From the NCBI RefSeq assembly GCF_030144855.1, contig NC_082736.1:7750001-7814000 (forward strand): a stretch of DNA of 64,000 nt. The letters are read 5' to 3'. Both the position numbers and the translations under genes were made by a program. Below are positions 39,855 to 52,828 of this stretch, one piece after another (the first letter of the stretch is position 1; every line of letters begins with the position of its first letter). Source of the DNA: Hypanus sabinus (Eukaryota). The notes under the pieces are model-generated. The model was not told the DNA's origin. It saw only the letters and a program-made list of their open reading frames with translations, and made no database searches.

Positions 39855-42098
39855 AAAATAATGGCAGGCATTGATACGGTCAATAGTGAATCTGTCATCT
39901 CCAGGGTCATGGACTCAAAAGCTGGAGATTACATTTATAAAGTGAGAAAGGAAAGATTTAACTGGGACCCTGAGGAGCAGGTTTTGTACACAGAATGTGC
40001 TATTTCTATGGAACAAGCTACCCCAAGTGGAGGTATAGGTGGGCACAGTTGCAATATCTCCTGGACTGTGGAGAGGGAAGTTTCACAGGGACATGGGCCA
40101 AATTCAGGGAATGACAATGGTTTTGTTTGGCTACTTGGCCAGCATGGATGTGTTGGGCTGAAGGGCCTGTTTCTGTGCTGCATAACTCAGTGACTAGGTC
40201 TGTTGCTGTGGCAGAGTGGGAGGGACAGGGTCAGTAGTGAGAAGGTTTGGGGGATGTTGACAGGAGAGTGAATGGTTGAGGATGGGGCAAATGGAACAGA
40301 ATGTGAGGAAATGTGAGATCACCCATTCCCAGGATCAAACTGTAAGAGTCATTTCCATAGGGAATGTTCAGAATGACCTGGGCGTCCTTGTAAACAAATC
40401 ACTTGAGTTAACATGCTGATACAACAACTGATGAGAGAGGCAAACAGTATTTTGTCCTGTGATCCAGGACGAGTGGAGAAGAGGGGTACAGATGTCTCAC
40501 TGGATTCTATAGGGCCCTGGTGAGAGCAAACCTTGAATGTAGTGTCCGGGTTTGGTCGCACTTCCTCAGGAAGGATATCCCTGCAATAGAGGGAGCGCAG
40601 TGACTGTTCCTCACACTGACTGGGGTGGTTCCAGGGATGGAGGGTTGGTTATGTGAAAGGACAGTAAGTGGGCTGGGTCTGTATTCCCTGCAGTTAATGA
40701 AAAAACAAGGAAATTTGTTAGATTCTTTCAGGATGTGACAGGCTGTAGGCAAGGAGGATCTTTCCCTTGAATGAGAGCTTCATAACTGAGGAAAATACCC
40801 TCAGAATGAGGCGTAAATCACAAACACGAGAGAATCTGCTGATGCTGGAAATCCAAAGCAACACATACAAAATGCTGAAGGAACTCAGCAGGACCGGCAG
40901 CCTTTATGGAAAAGAATAAACAGTCAACACTTCGTACCATGACCCTTTGAGCAGATCTCACCCTGGTGATGGTTCTTAGCACAAAGCATCGACTCATTAC
41001 TCTTTTCCATAGATGCTGCCCGGTCTGCTGACTTCCGCCAGCATTTTGTGTCTGTTGCTCAGAATATGGTGACAAACATTCAGGATGGAAATGAGATGCT
41101 ATTTCTTTAATCAGAGAACAAAGAACATCTATATTCCTTATATAAGTAATCTGGAGCCTCAGGTGCTGGGTTGTGTCAAAGCTGAGGGAAAATTTTAGTC
41201 AATAAGTGAGTCCATAAGACCATCAGATTTAGGAGCAGAATTTGGCCATTTGGCCCATCGAGCCTGCTCCACCATTTCATCATCACTGATCATTTTTTCC
41301 TTTTAGGCTCAATCTCTTATCTTCTGTTGTATCCATTCTGGCGCTGATCAAACAAGAATCTATGAATCTCTGCCTATACCCAGTGATTTGGCCTCCACAG
41401 CTGCCTGAGACAAAACATTCCACTGATTTACCACTCTCTGGCTGAAGGAATTCCTCCTCATCTCCACTCTAAAAGGACGTCCTTCTATTTTGAAGCTGTG
41501 TGGTCTGGTTACAGACACTCCCACCACAGGAAAAGTCCTCTCCATATCCACTCAATCAAGCCCTTTCGCTATTTGATAGGTTTCAGTTCAGTAACCCTTC
41601 TTTCTTTGAAGTTCCAGTGAATTGAGGCCCATAGCCGTGAAACGCTCTTCATTAGACAAGCCATTTAATCCAGGGTAAAATTCCCCATTTGTGACGTAAT
41701 GTCAGTACAATAAATTCTGGATTTCACAGATTTTTGAAATTATGGATCAATCTGCCCAACATTAATAACTACTTTGTACTGCAGTAAACACTGTTAATTT
41801 AATCCATGCAATCCCAGGTACACAGATGCAAAATAAAGACTGGTGTAAATTTAAAGTAGGGAAGTTGAACCTTACTTGGAGGTAAAGCCTGATTAACAGG
41901 CCTCAGAACATTCTACTCCCCAAATGGTCAAATTAATGCCAAGTAACAAGGTGGAAAATCATGCAACACACAGAATTACATGCCTTTTATTATCTTGCTC
42001 CATGGGATAAACTCAAACCGAGCCTGATCCACCCTGGCTGGGTCGCCTGGGCGAGATAGTCTCATGATCATCCAATGACCCTAATTTGTATTACTAAT

Positions 42099-44625
42099 AG
42101 ACAATAGACAATAGGTGCAGAAGTAGACCATTCGGCTCTTCGAGCCTGCCCCAACATTTTGAGATCATGGCTGATCAACTACTATCAATACCCGATTCCT
42201 GACGTTCCCATATCCCTTGATTCCTCTATCCATAAGATACCTATCTAGCTCCTTCTTGAAAGCATCCAGAGAATTGGCCTCCACTACCTTCCGAGGCAGT
42301 GCATTGCAGACCCCCATAACTCTCTGGGAGAAGAAGTTTTTCCTTAACTCTGTCCTAAATGACCTACCCCTTATTCTCAAACCATGCCCTCTGGTACTGG
42401 ACTCTCCCAGCATCTGGAACATATTTACTGCCTCTATCTTGTCCAATCCCTTAATAATCTTACCTGTTTCAATCAGATCCTATCTCAATCACCTTAATTC
42501 CAGCATGTACAAGCCCAGTCTCTCTAACCTCTCTGCGTAAGACAGTCCAGACATCCCAGGAATTAACCTCGTGAATCTGCGCTGCATTTCCTCTACAGCC
42601 AGGATGTCCTTCCTTAACCCTGGAGACCAAAACTGTACACAATACTCCAGGTGTGGTTTCACCAGGGTTCTGTACAAATGCAAGAGGATTTCCTTGCTCT
42701 TGTACTCAATTTCCTTTGTAATGAAGGCCAACATTCCATTAGCCTTCTTCACTGCCTGCTGCACTTTGCTCATTCACCTTCAGTGACTGATGAACAAGGA
42801 CTCCTAGATCTCTTTGTATTTCTCCCTTACCTAACTCTACACAGTTCAGATAATAATCTGCCTTCCTGTTCTTACTCCCAAAGTTGATAACCTCACACTT
42901 ATTCACGTTAAACGTCATCTGCCAAGTATCTGCCCACACACCCAGCCTATGCACGTCACCCTGAATTCTCCTAGCATCCTCATCACATGTCACACTGCCA
43001 CCCAGCTTAGTATCATCATTTCAATGCCTTCATCCAAATCGTTGACGTAAATTTAAAACAGCTGTGGTCCCAATACCGAGCCCTGTGGCACCCCACTAGT
43101 CACTACCTGCCATTCCGAGAAACACCCATTCACCGCTACACTTTGCTTTCTATCTGCCAACCAGTTTTCTATCTATGTCAATGTCTTCCCCCCGATGCCC
43201 TGAGCTTTGATTTTACCCACCAATCTCCTATGTGGGACCTTATCAAATGCCTTCTGAAAATCGAGGTTCACTACATCCACTGTATCTCCCTTGTCTAACT
43301 TCCTGGTTATGTCTTTGAAAAACAGATTAGTCAAGCATGATTTACCCTTGGTAAGTCCATGCTGGCTCGGCCCAATCCTATCACTGCTATTTAGATATGC
43401 CACTATTTCATCCTTAATAATGGACTCTAGCATCTTCCCCACCACTGATGTCAGGCTGTCAGGTCGATAGTTCACTGTTTTCTGCCTCCCTCCTTTCTTA
43501 AAAAGTGGGATAACATTAGCCATTCTCCAATCCTCAGGAACTAATCCTGAATCTAAGGAACATTGTAAAATGGTTACCAGTGTATCCACAATTTCCAGGG
43601 TCACCTCCTTTAGTACCCTAGGATGCAGATCATCTGGACCTGGGGATTTGTCAGCCTTCAGTCCCATCAGTCTTCTCATCACCGTTTCCTTCCTAATGTC
43701 AATCTGCTTCATTTCCTCTGTTACCCTATGTCCTTGGCCCATCCATACATCTGGGAGATTGCTTGTGTCTTCCTTAGTGAAAACAGATCTAAAGTACTCA
43801 TTAATTTCTTCTGCCATTTCTCTGTTGCCCATAACAATTTCACCCAATTCATTCTTCAAGGGCCTAACCTTGTTCATAACTATCTTCTTTCTCTTCACAT
43901 ACCTAAAAAAGGTTTTGCTATCATCCTTTATATTCCAGGCTAGTTTGCGTTCATACCTCATTTTTTCTCCCTGTATTGTCTTTTTAGTTAAGTTCTGTTG
44001 TTCCTTAAAAACTTCCCAATCATCTGTCCTGCCACTCACCTTAGCTCTGTCATACTTCCTTTTTTTTAATGCTATGCAATCTCTGACTTCCTTTGTCAAC
44101 CACTGTGGCCCCTTTCCCCCCTTTGAATTCTTCCTTCTCTGTGGGATGAACTGATTTTACACCTTGTGCATTATTCCCAAGAATACCTGCCGTCGCTGTT
44201 CCACTGTCTTTTCTGCTAGGATATCCGTCCAGTCAACTTTGGCCAGGTCCTCCCTCATGGCTCCATAGTTTTCCGCTGTTCAACTGCAACACTGACACCT
44301 CCGAGCTGCCCTTATCCTTCTCAAATTGCAGATAAAAACTAATCACTATTATGATCACTACCTCCTAATGGCTCCCTGACTGCAAGATCGCTTATCAAAT
44401 CCTGTTCATTACATAGCAATAAATCCAGAATAGTCTTGTCCCTGGTCAGCTCTCATACAAGCTGTTCCAAGAATGCATCCCGTAGGCACTCGACAAACTC
44501 CCTATCCAGCACCAACCTGATTCTCCCAGTTCACCTGCATGTTGAAATCCCCCATAACGACTGCAACATTACCTTTGCCACTTGCCAATGTTAACTCCCT
44601 ATTCAACTTGCACCCAATATCCATG
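42099..44625 (-). mobile_element. CR1 LINE (EN-linker-RT-3' end), relatively young
   Basis: 308-aa ORF 43173-44099 (KSPGPDDLHPRVLKE, NYRPDSLTS, DFQKAFDKVPH); CAATAGA-type tail; CTAAT duplication at 42094-42098 and 44626-44630. Confidence 0.93.
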
Positions 44626-45409
44626 CTAATGATGTGTCCCTTTGCAAACCCGGTTCACTAAGACAGGTGGTGTCAGGCCACCTTAATGAAAGGCATGGGC
44701 CAGATTAAATTGGCTCCACTACACTACCCTATCCACCATAGCCCCACATATCTCACCATACTAAACTCCACAGCCATATCTCTCCCAGCCCCACATATAC
44801 ATCCACCAACCCTACCCTCAAACCTAATCTAGGGGTCCAAGGGGACACACAGCCCCAGAAACCCGATGACTGGTGTAAGAAGGAGGAAGATCCAATAAGG
44901 GCAAGTGTTGGACCAGGTGAATGAAGGCATGGGCCAGATCAAAGTGGCAGCGTTGCGTGACTCTGAATCTAGAGAGCCCAGATGAAGAAGCACAGGAGGG
45001 GTGATTCTCCCACTGCCCGCGTAATCTTTGTTATTTTGATTTTGTTCTGATAGTCCTCTGTCTATTTCAATGTTTTGATATAATTCATACTTAATTCTAG
45101 TGTTTCTGGTCAATGTTGTGTCTGATGCAATGTGTCTGTGATGCTGCTACAAATACGTTGTTCCTTTCGCCTGTGCATAAATAAACTCGATTTAAACTTT
45201 ACATTGAAATGTCTAAATCTCTCCCTCGCTCTCCTGCTGTCCTGTGTCATGAACTGAACGTCTTAGTGTTTAATTTTACAATATTTCATCTGATTTTATT
45301 TTCATTCTGCTTTTGAAATTTGCGTTTCCCTTTTCAATTTCAGCCCGCACCCCCGCCTGTCTCTGCCCTTCTGTACTTCCTCCCGCATTAAACGACAGCG
45401 GTAACCGCC

Positions 45410-45533
45410 ACACATTGGCGCCGCTTCCCATCCCCCAGCGTTCCGATTGGTGATTCCTTTCTCCAAACAGCCAATGGGAATGCTCTGCATTCCCATCCTC
45501 ATTAACATACCACTTTGGGCGCTGCCTATTTAA
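45410..45533 (+). promoter_or_regulatory. H2B promoter
   Basis: ATTGG/CCAAT boxes, ATTAACAT (45501-45508), TATTTAA (45527-45533). Confidence 0.75.
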
Positions 45534-45585
45534 TCCGCGCTCCGGATAGCTTCTGCTTATTATTGTGTTTGAAACCGACGAGGAA

Positions 45586-45960
45586 ATGCCTGATGCACCG
45601 AAACCCGCTCCCAAGAAGGGCGCCAAGAAAGCTCTGTCCAAACCGGCGAGCAAGTCTGGCAAGAAGCGCAAGAGGACGAGAAAGGAGAGTTACGCAATCT
45701 ACATCTACAAAGTGATGAAGCAGGTTCATCCCGACACCGGCATCTCCTCCAAGGCCATGAGCATCATGAACTCGTTCGTCAACGATATCTTCGAGCGAAT
45801 CGGGGGTGAGGCTTCCCGCCTGGCTCACTACAACAAGCGGTCCACCATCAGCTCCCGGGAGATCCAGACCGCTGTGCGCCTGCTGCTACCCGGGGAGCTG
45901 GCCAAGCACGCCGTGTCCGAAGGGACAAAGGCGGTGACCAAGTACACCAGCTCCAAGTGA
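45586..45960 (+). CDS. H2B: Histone H2B, 124 aa
   Basis: [12 protein letters not shown]...[11 protein letters not shown]...KYTSSK; ATG at 45586. Confidence 0.98.
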   Translation: MPDAPKPAPKKGAKKALSKPASKSGKKRKRTRKESYAIYIYKVMKQVHPDTGISSKAMSIMNSFVNDIFERIGGEASRLAHYNKRSTISSREIQTAVRLLLPGELAKHAVSEGTKAVTKYTSSK

Positions 45961-45997
45961 AGGCAAGTTTGCTGACAAAACAAACCCGGAAATCAAA

Positions 45998-46013
45998 GGC
46001 TCTTTTAAGAGCC
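45998..46013 (+). terminator. Histone 3' stem-loop of H2B
   Basis: GGCTCTTTTAAGAGCC + ACTCA; AAAAGAG downstream. Confidence 0.95.
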
Positions 46014-46399
46014 ACTCACGGTTTCATTAAAAGAGATACAGACTATTGAGATATGAAATTGAGGTAGGTTTGGATTTTTTTGTTGGTGAGGTCTTTCAGA
46101 ATTTAATCTCCGTCAATCAGAATTTGCTGTCCACTGGCCAGTATAATCCCGATTTCTCTGTTACATTCCTGTGTACAGGCACAGGATCGTTACGCACCCC
46201 TTCCCCATTTCCTCTCGGTCATCAGATTCCTCTGACGTGAACACTAATTGCTGTTTCTGGTTTAATTATTGTGGGAATGCAGTTTATTAAGCTTTGTCAC
46301 ATTTTGGATACTTCTCTTAACCCCTTTCCAACGCGAGAGCTGAACAGTCACGGTTCGTTCAGAGTATTGTTTAAAGCTCCACTTTCTGAAGGGCGACCC

Positions 46400-46790
46400 G
46401 TTGGTAAACTGACAGTTTACACAATGGCCGATCGCGAACAGAAGCCGAGAATCTGTTTTATTCAAATCGTTCATCAATTGAAAGAAATCGGTGAACTAAA
46501 TTCCCAGACACCATCGCAATATTAACTACACTTGGTTTAAATGTGTTGGACTTCAGTAACGGGGGTAAAGGGTCGACAAACAAACCTGTTGTAGATTAAT
46601 TTCAGCAACCAAGGCTCTTTTGGCGGTGTTTTGCAAATTTCAGTTTATTTCCGCGGTTAGACGTATTTACCGCGCTTCTACCGTTTCTGTCTCTTGATTG
46701 GTGAACAAAGCAGCTCACTGATTGGAAAATGTGCTTTCCAATCAGATAAGGCAATGTTTCACCAATGATAAGCGCCCTGCGACATTCCCA
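46400..46790 (+). promoter_or_regulatory. Orphan H2A-type upstream/promoter module with no H2A CDS
   Basis: Aligns to 54880-55280 (TTTTTGGCGG...ATTTCAGT...CCGCGCTTCTA...TGATTGGTGA...GATTGGA...CCAAT...ATAAG...CACCAAT). Confidence 0.7.
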
Positions 46791-46889
46791 CAGAATGTAG
46801 AAGAAGGGCCAATGCGCGCATTTCCAGAAGCCTGATTTCGAATGTTCAATACTTCGTTTATTTCTGACATCAAATCTATCTGACGTGAA

Positions 46890-47880
46890 TCAGACGGACC
46901 ACCATGCACAAGTCCCTGGACAACGAGGGCAAAAACGTCCCCAATGTCGTCCTCACCCTGATGGCCAGCTTGGTGTGTGGCTGTATCAGGTTGTGTGTGG
47001 ATTCCAGGTACGTGGGCACCAAGTACCACCATGTGCCCAGAATCTTCCTGTCGCCCTGGCTACGAAGGATGGGTCTGGCCCCTTTCCCACGCAGCACCCC
47101 TGTCGGCTGGTCGTTGTGATGGACACAGTGGGGCGGTTCCCTGAGCAGACTGTCCAGTTCATCTGGCAAAATGCCTCATCGCCAGACCTCACCAACAAGC
47201 ACAAAGACCTCGCCTGGCTGGTGGTGAGAGGGGACCTCCCAGTCCGATCCCTCCTGTACGCCCGGTACGTCGTCTCCACGCCCCTCCGCCCACGGGAGGA
47301 CTGGAGAGAGGAGGAGTCGGTGACTCACCTCTTTGCACACTGTGGGTTCGCGGAGAAGGTGTGGAGGAGGATTGAAGGGACAGTGTCGAGGTTCATTACC
47401 AGCAGCTGCGTAACAGAGGGCTCTGATCTCCGGGCTGTTCCCGGGGACGCACACGGAGACCAACATCTGGTGCTGCTGGCAGATCATCAGCTCGGTCAAA
47501 GACGCTCTTTGGTCGGCCCGAAAATTGATGGTCTACCAGCACATGGAGATGTCCGTGGGGAAATGCTGCCGACTGGCACATTCTCGGCTGCAGGAGTACG
47601 TGCTGAGGGACTCACTCAAACTCGATACAGGCACCGCAAAGGGCCGGTGGGGAAGGACCACAGTCTAGGGTTCTTCTCCCGCGGGAGTTGAGAAGATATT
47701 TCACATCTTGGGTTTGGGGTATACCCCCGAATGTAAATATAAAAGAACAGTGCCACGTGGGTGACGAGGATTTTGAAAATGTAAAGACAGTAATGGAAGC
47801 AACTGTAAAGAATTGGAAGTCATTGTATGGTTATTGTATATAATTTTATTTTTGAATAAAGTATATTTTGTTTAATAAAA
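46890..47880 (+). mobile_element. Tx1-like (L1 clade) LINE 3' fragment, frameshifted
   Basis: MHKSLDNEGKNVPNV..., WQNASSPDLTNKHKDLAWLVVRG, EESVTHLFAHCGFAEKVW; 3' GAATAAAGTATATTTTG. Confidence 0.8.
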
Positions 47881-48539
47881 TGTATTCAGGAAACCTGTTG
47901 TTAACACATTTAAGTTCTTCCTTCCAGGATTATATCATTATTAGGTGTGATAGATTTATTTATAAGTCAGGGTTTACACTTATATCGGGGTCAATAGGCC
48001 ATTTTCAGGAGGTGGAGTTTTGGTAGAGGTAGTGTGTTGCAAATTTTATATATAAAGGCAGAGGGCACAGAGTTGTGGATGTAAATGAAATGTGTGAGGC
48101 ACTTGAAGTATTTCATTCAACAGGTAGGGGCATTAAAGTGGTCTATTATTATAACCATTGTAGAACGGTTGGATTTATTTGTTGGAGAGTATATGTAGCT
48201 CTAGCTCATTAAGGGTTGTATGGTTGGGGATTTTAATACATAGAGTTCACTATGGGGTTGTTCTCAGGATGATGGTCATGATTTGATTGTAGAAGAGTTT
48301 TAGATATTTCACATCTTGTGTACCTTTCTGGTGGGAGAGGCACGAGATTTAATGTCCATAATAGTTCTGAAACTGCTGTAAATTTAACTTTAGTTTCAAA
48401 CATCTGGCTGGAGTGAGTGAGTGAGTGGAATGTCATGGGAGATGGAACACTGGTGAGTGAGCAGTTTCCTCTGTTTATAAGCCTGGGTTTAGATTTATAT
48501 CGGGGTTAAGGGGCCACTTTCAGCAGGTGGAACTTTGGT

Positions 48540-49880
48540 AAAGCAAACTGGGAGAAGTTTTAATGTTTTATGTGATGAACAGAACGTCTGTCTGGGCTGA
48601 ATGGTGAGGATGATGTGGATTTCTACAAAGAAAGGTTGTCACATTATTCATCAAACTGGTGTAAGAAATTCATATTAAGAAGGGCATTAATAGGAGAAAG
48701 GCTGTACCATGGTGCATGGAGGAGTGTGCAGAGGCAATTATTGAGAGAAATTTGGCATTTTGGAAAGTTATGAAGTATCACTCTTCGCGTGATCTTATTA
48801 AGTGTAACAGGTCACAGGCCATGGGGAGGAAAGTAATGAAACTTGTGAAAGCAAGTTAAAGACAAACGTACTTTATTGATCCCGAGGGAAATCAGGTTTT
48901 GTTACAGTTGCACCAACCAAGATTAGTGTAGAAATACAGCAACATAAAACCATAAAAAAATAAATAATAATAAGTAAAAGCTGCCAAGTGGAAGAAAGTC
49001 CAGGACCAGCCTATTGGCTCAGGTTGTCTGACACTCCGAGGGAGGAGTTGTAAAGTTTGATGGCCACAGGCAGGGATGACTTCCTATGATGCTCAGTGTT
49101 GCATCTCGGTGGAATGAGTTTCTGGCTGAATGTACTCCTGTGCCGAACCAACACATTATGGAGTGGATAGGAGACATTGTCCAAGATGGCATGCAACTTG
49201 GACAGCATCCTCTTTTCAGACACCACCGTCAGAGAGTCCAGTTCCACCGCACAACATCACTGGCCTGACAAATGAGTTTGTTGATTCTGTTGGTGTCTGC
49301 TACCCTCAGCCTGCTGCCCCAGCACATAACAGCAAACATGATAGCACTGGCCACCACAAATTAGAGGTCATATTGTGATAGTATTGGAAGGACTATTAAA
49401 CTTGAAGATGTTTGGGGAATGATTAAGAAAATGGGGGTGCAGGATTCATAGGGTTCCCAGTGTTGATTAAAAAAGGTAATGTAATTGTTCCTAAAAGAGA
49501 GTAGGTTGAGTTACTGGCTCGGTCATCTGCTGCAATTCATTATCAAAATAATAAAGTAACTAAACAATGTAGGGATAAGGTTTTAAGACAATACCTCAAT
49601 GTGTTGGAAACCAGCTGTAGCAATCATAGCGATGTAAGGTTTGCTTTGAGTGAATTTAAGAAAACTATGAAGAGTACAGGTCAGACGGCTCCAGGAAAGG
49701 ATGATCGATTTTGTGAATCACAATTGGAGTTCAGGCCATCTTCCCTCCTCATGGAAAATAGCAATGTCTATTCTAAAATCTGGGAAACCCCAGTTGGATC
49801 CTTCTAGTTAAATGTCCCATTTGTGTTAATTTATGGAATGTACGGTAATAGAGTGGTTGAATTATATTTTGGGAAAGGGA
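48540..49880 (+). mobile_element. Degenerate I/Nimb-like LINE interrupted by a Rex1 fragment
   Basis: KANWEKF, AVPWCMEECAEAIIERN, TAPGKD motifs. Confidence 0.5.
48860..49360 (-). mobile_element. Rex1-like LINE 3' fragment
   Basis: LDSLTVVSEKRMLSKLHAILDNVSYPLH...LPVAIKLYNSS; 3' GGATCAATAAAGTA. Confidence 0.75.
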
Positions 49881-50019
49881 AGTGTTAATATACTGGATTA
49901 ATTCGAGCAGGCAAATGCTGGTTCTATGCCACATGTTTCAAAATCAGTCAATGTTTTAATGCAGAAAATTCACACAGCTACTTCAACACAGCGAGCTTGT
50001 ACAAACAATATACTCAATG

Positions 50020-50305
50020 GAAATGTCAATCCATGGCCAACTATACTGTCGCGATGAGGCCACGCTCAGGTAGGAGGAACAACTTGTATTCTGTCTGGGT
50101 TGCCTCCAATCTGATGGCATGAATGTCGATTTCTTGATCTTCCGGTCATGCCCCCCCTCCCCCATCATTCCCCATCCCCTTTTCCCTCTCGTTGCCTGCC
50201 CATCACCTCCCTCTAGTGTTCCTCCCCCCCCCCTTTTCTTTCTTCCATGGCCTTCTGTTCTCTCGCCTCAGACTCCACTTCTCCAGCCCTGTATCTCTTT
50301 CACAG
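50020..50305 (+). mobile_element. Penelope-like element fragment
   Basis: MSIHGQLYCRDEATLR.EEQL...LQSDGMNVDF, homologous to 29800-29920. Confidence 0.7.
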
Positions 50306-50721
50306 AGTGAACCTCTGCATTCACAGACTGGTGACCAGTTGCTGCCTGAATATTATAGGGTGAGTGAGAGGGGAACAGCAGGGATGGATTTGAAAGTTCT
50401 GGTGTGGAATAGGAACACGAGCAGGTATCAGATGGACTGAGTCACCTCTCAACTGTACATTAGCTGTGTGACAGGCAGGAAGCACCTGAGACACAGGATT
50501 TGAAATAGAGCTGATTAATTTGTCACAGATCCACAGTATTAATGCCCGTGTATTTTCAGACTAACGTTAGCAGAACAACCCTCCAATGCTCCGTGACCAG
50601 GGTTCAGTCCTGGGTGTGATGAACAGATGCAGTATCTGCTGAATATACACAAAGAGTCTCACATGAATTTCCAACTAGATTCAGTCACCATGATGGTTAA
50701 AATGTTCACCTAGAGCTTATT

Positions 50722-51321
50722 TCAACTTCCTCCCTGATGTGAAGTTGCCAGTGTCTCATCAGGTGGGATGACTGAGTAAATTTCTTTGCTGACACAAGAC
50801 CGAAGTTTGTCCTCTATGTATGATAAACTCACTGGAGCCTCACAAAGTGGGTGAACTGAATGAATCCCGTCCCACGCTCGGAACAGGTGTGAAGCTACAC
50901 TGAGAGACAGAGACAACTGAGCCAAGTCTAGCTGCTCACTGGTGTGAACTGACTGGTGTTGTATGGGCTCATGTGACTGAATGAATCCTGTCCCACACAC
51001 GGAGCAGGTGAATGCCCTCTCCCCATGTGAACTTGCTGTGTGTCTGCAAGTTCAGTGACCTGGTGAATCCCTGGCAAAATGAGAGGCGGTGAATGTCAGC
51101 TCACCGGTATCAACTCTGTGGCCATTTATCAGGTCAGATCAAGGACATGTCCGTGTATTGGGGTTCTCCTTGCTCAGACTGGTGTGCTGTCTTCTCAACC
51201 ATCTCCTCCTTCACATTCAATTATTGGTAGCCTTCAAATGCTGGGGAACTGACAGACACATCAGACCTGACACACTGCTGTGTTTGAGATTCTCAGTCAG
51301 AAATTCTTTGCCTTTTCTATC
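50722..51321 (-). pseudogene. Decayed C2H2 zinc-finger terminal exon
   Basis: Frameshifted fingers: [69 protein letters not shown]; acceptor TTTCACAG ending at 51322. Confidence 0.75.
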
Positions 51322-51610
51322 CTGTGAAATATTTGCAAAGAAGATCAACAGGTAAAAGATAACCTTTTAGCTGAGATTATTTCAGTTTTTGTGATGATGT
51401 CTGATGTCACTCTGTTCCAGTGAGGCTGAACACTATTCGGAGGAGCGACACTTCTAACCAGCCAGAGTTCAGACATAAGGAAACAACATCAAATTCTGTT
51501 TTTTTCTCTGCCCATCAAGCCGTAACTTGGCTCAGTCTGTCTCTCTCCATTAATATAAGCTTCATATTCTGGGTATGTCCCACAGACATCCGAAGACACA
51601 CAATACTTAC

Positions 51611-51695
51611 AGGGTTGCTTTGTAAGAGTTTCTGCTGATTGTGACCCTGCTGGCATTTGACGGTGGTAAACTCAGAGTCAGCAATGCCATTGAAC
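51611..51695 (-). other. Candidate 85-nt internal exon
   Basis: Acceptor CACATTCTCTTCAG before 51695 and donor GTAAGT at 51610-51605. Confidence 0.4.
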
Positions 51696-52604
51696 CTGAA
51701 GAGAATGTGATCGGGCTTTCTCGTTGCAGATTGATACTGCGGTATTCTTGCGGTGTGAAAGCTACTGGTCACTTGTTACCCAGTGCATTACTGTGGGTTT
51801 TCACAAGTAAAATGAGATGAGGCATTTTCTGTTTAAGGAACACTATAACTCATTTATTTTCCTCCAAACACAGAAATGTAAAAACAGTTTAAAAAAAAAC
51901 TTCACGTAATTGCATCATAACATCAGTCCAGCTTCTTAAAGAGAAACACAACTCAATGTCGGTGGTCGTTAATTATGGAGATTTCCACCCATTACATTAC
52001 CCGACACACACATCCCCCCATCCTCTCACTGCTCCCCCTCTTTGATCTTAGCAGTTTATTTCCCTTCAATGTCACTTGCAGGATGATATGTACAGACACA
52101 GCAAGGTCCCTCAGTGTATCAGCACTTCTAAGGGTGTTGCCATTTACTATAGAGTTTCCTCCAACATTTGACTTGTAAAACTCCTCACACATCCAGATTA
52201 AACTCTGTCCCTGTTTCCAACTGGTCTGCATCCAGTTCTGTCCATTTGGTAACCTTCCTCAACACCCACAAATGCACCAACTTTCATGTCATCAGTGATC
52301 TGATCAGCCCCTGTGTATTTTAATTTGATCAGACAGAGGCCCCATCACTGATCACTGTGGACACACTGGTTACATATCTACAGTCAAAATCATTCTCAAT
52401 TCCATCAGCCCGAATTGCTACACAATACACCCCATTCAAACCCTCCCACAGAGACTCGGGGAAGTTAAATGTTTATCACAAGCCCAGAGTTGGATTCAAT
52501 GGTCTGGTCTTGTTGCTCTGGATGCTCTGCTGCAAAGTCCATTCAGAGTAGTTCAATGTAACCAGATACATCATCCCTGAGATACCAATATACAACATTG
52601 TGTC

Positions 52605-52828
52605 ACAAACAAGAGAAAATCTGTAGATGCTGGAAATCTAAGCAACACACACAAAATGCTAAAGGAACGCATCAGGCCTGGCAGCATCTATAAGGAAAAA
52701 ATAGTGAATGTTTCAGGCCAAACTCCTTCAGCAAGAGTGGAGAAGAAAAGCTGAAAAGTAGATTTAAAAGTTGGGGGTAGGGGAGAGAGAAACCGAAGTG
52801 AATCCTGAAAGGGGAAAGCTGAAGTAAA
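52605..52828 (-). mobile_element. Penelope-like terminal repeat fragment
   Basis: ACAAGAGAAAATCTGTAGATGCTGGAAATCTAAGCAACACACACAAAATGCT. Confidence 0.6.

Larger units (their letters stand above)
40545..45960 (+). repeat. Inverted duplication, right arm part 1 (H2B upstream region and H2B)
   Basis: Reverse complement of 5215-8046, with a 2.5-kb CR1 insertion. Confidence 0.88.

Noticed and set aside
46885-47691. 268-aa ORF as a host gene
   Set aside because: Composite of frameshifted Tx1 ORF2 sequence
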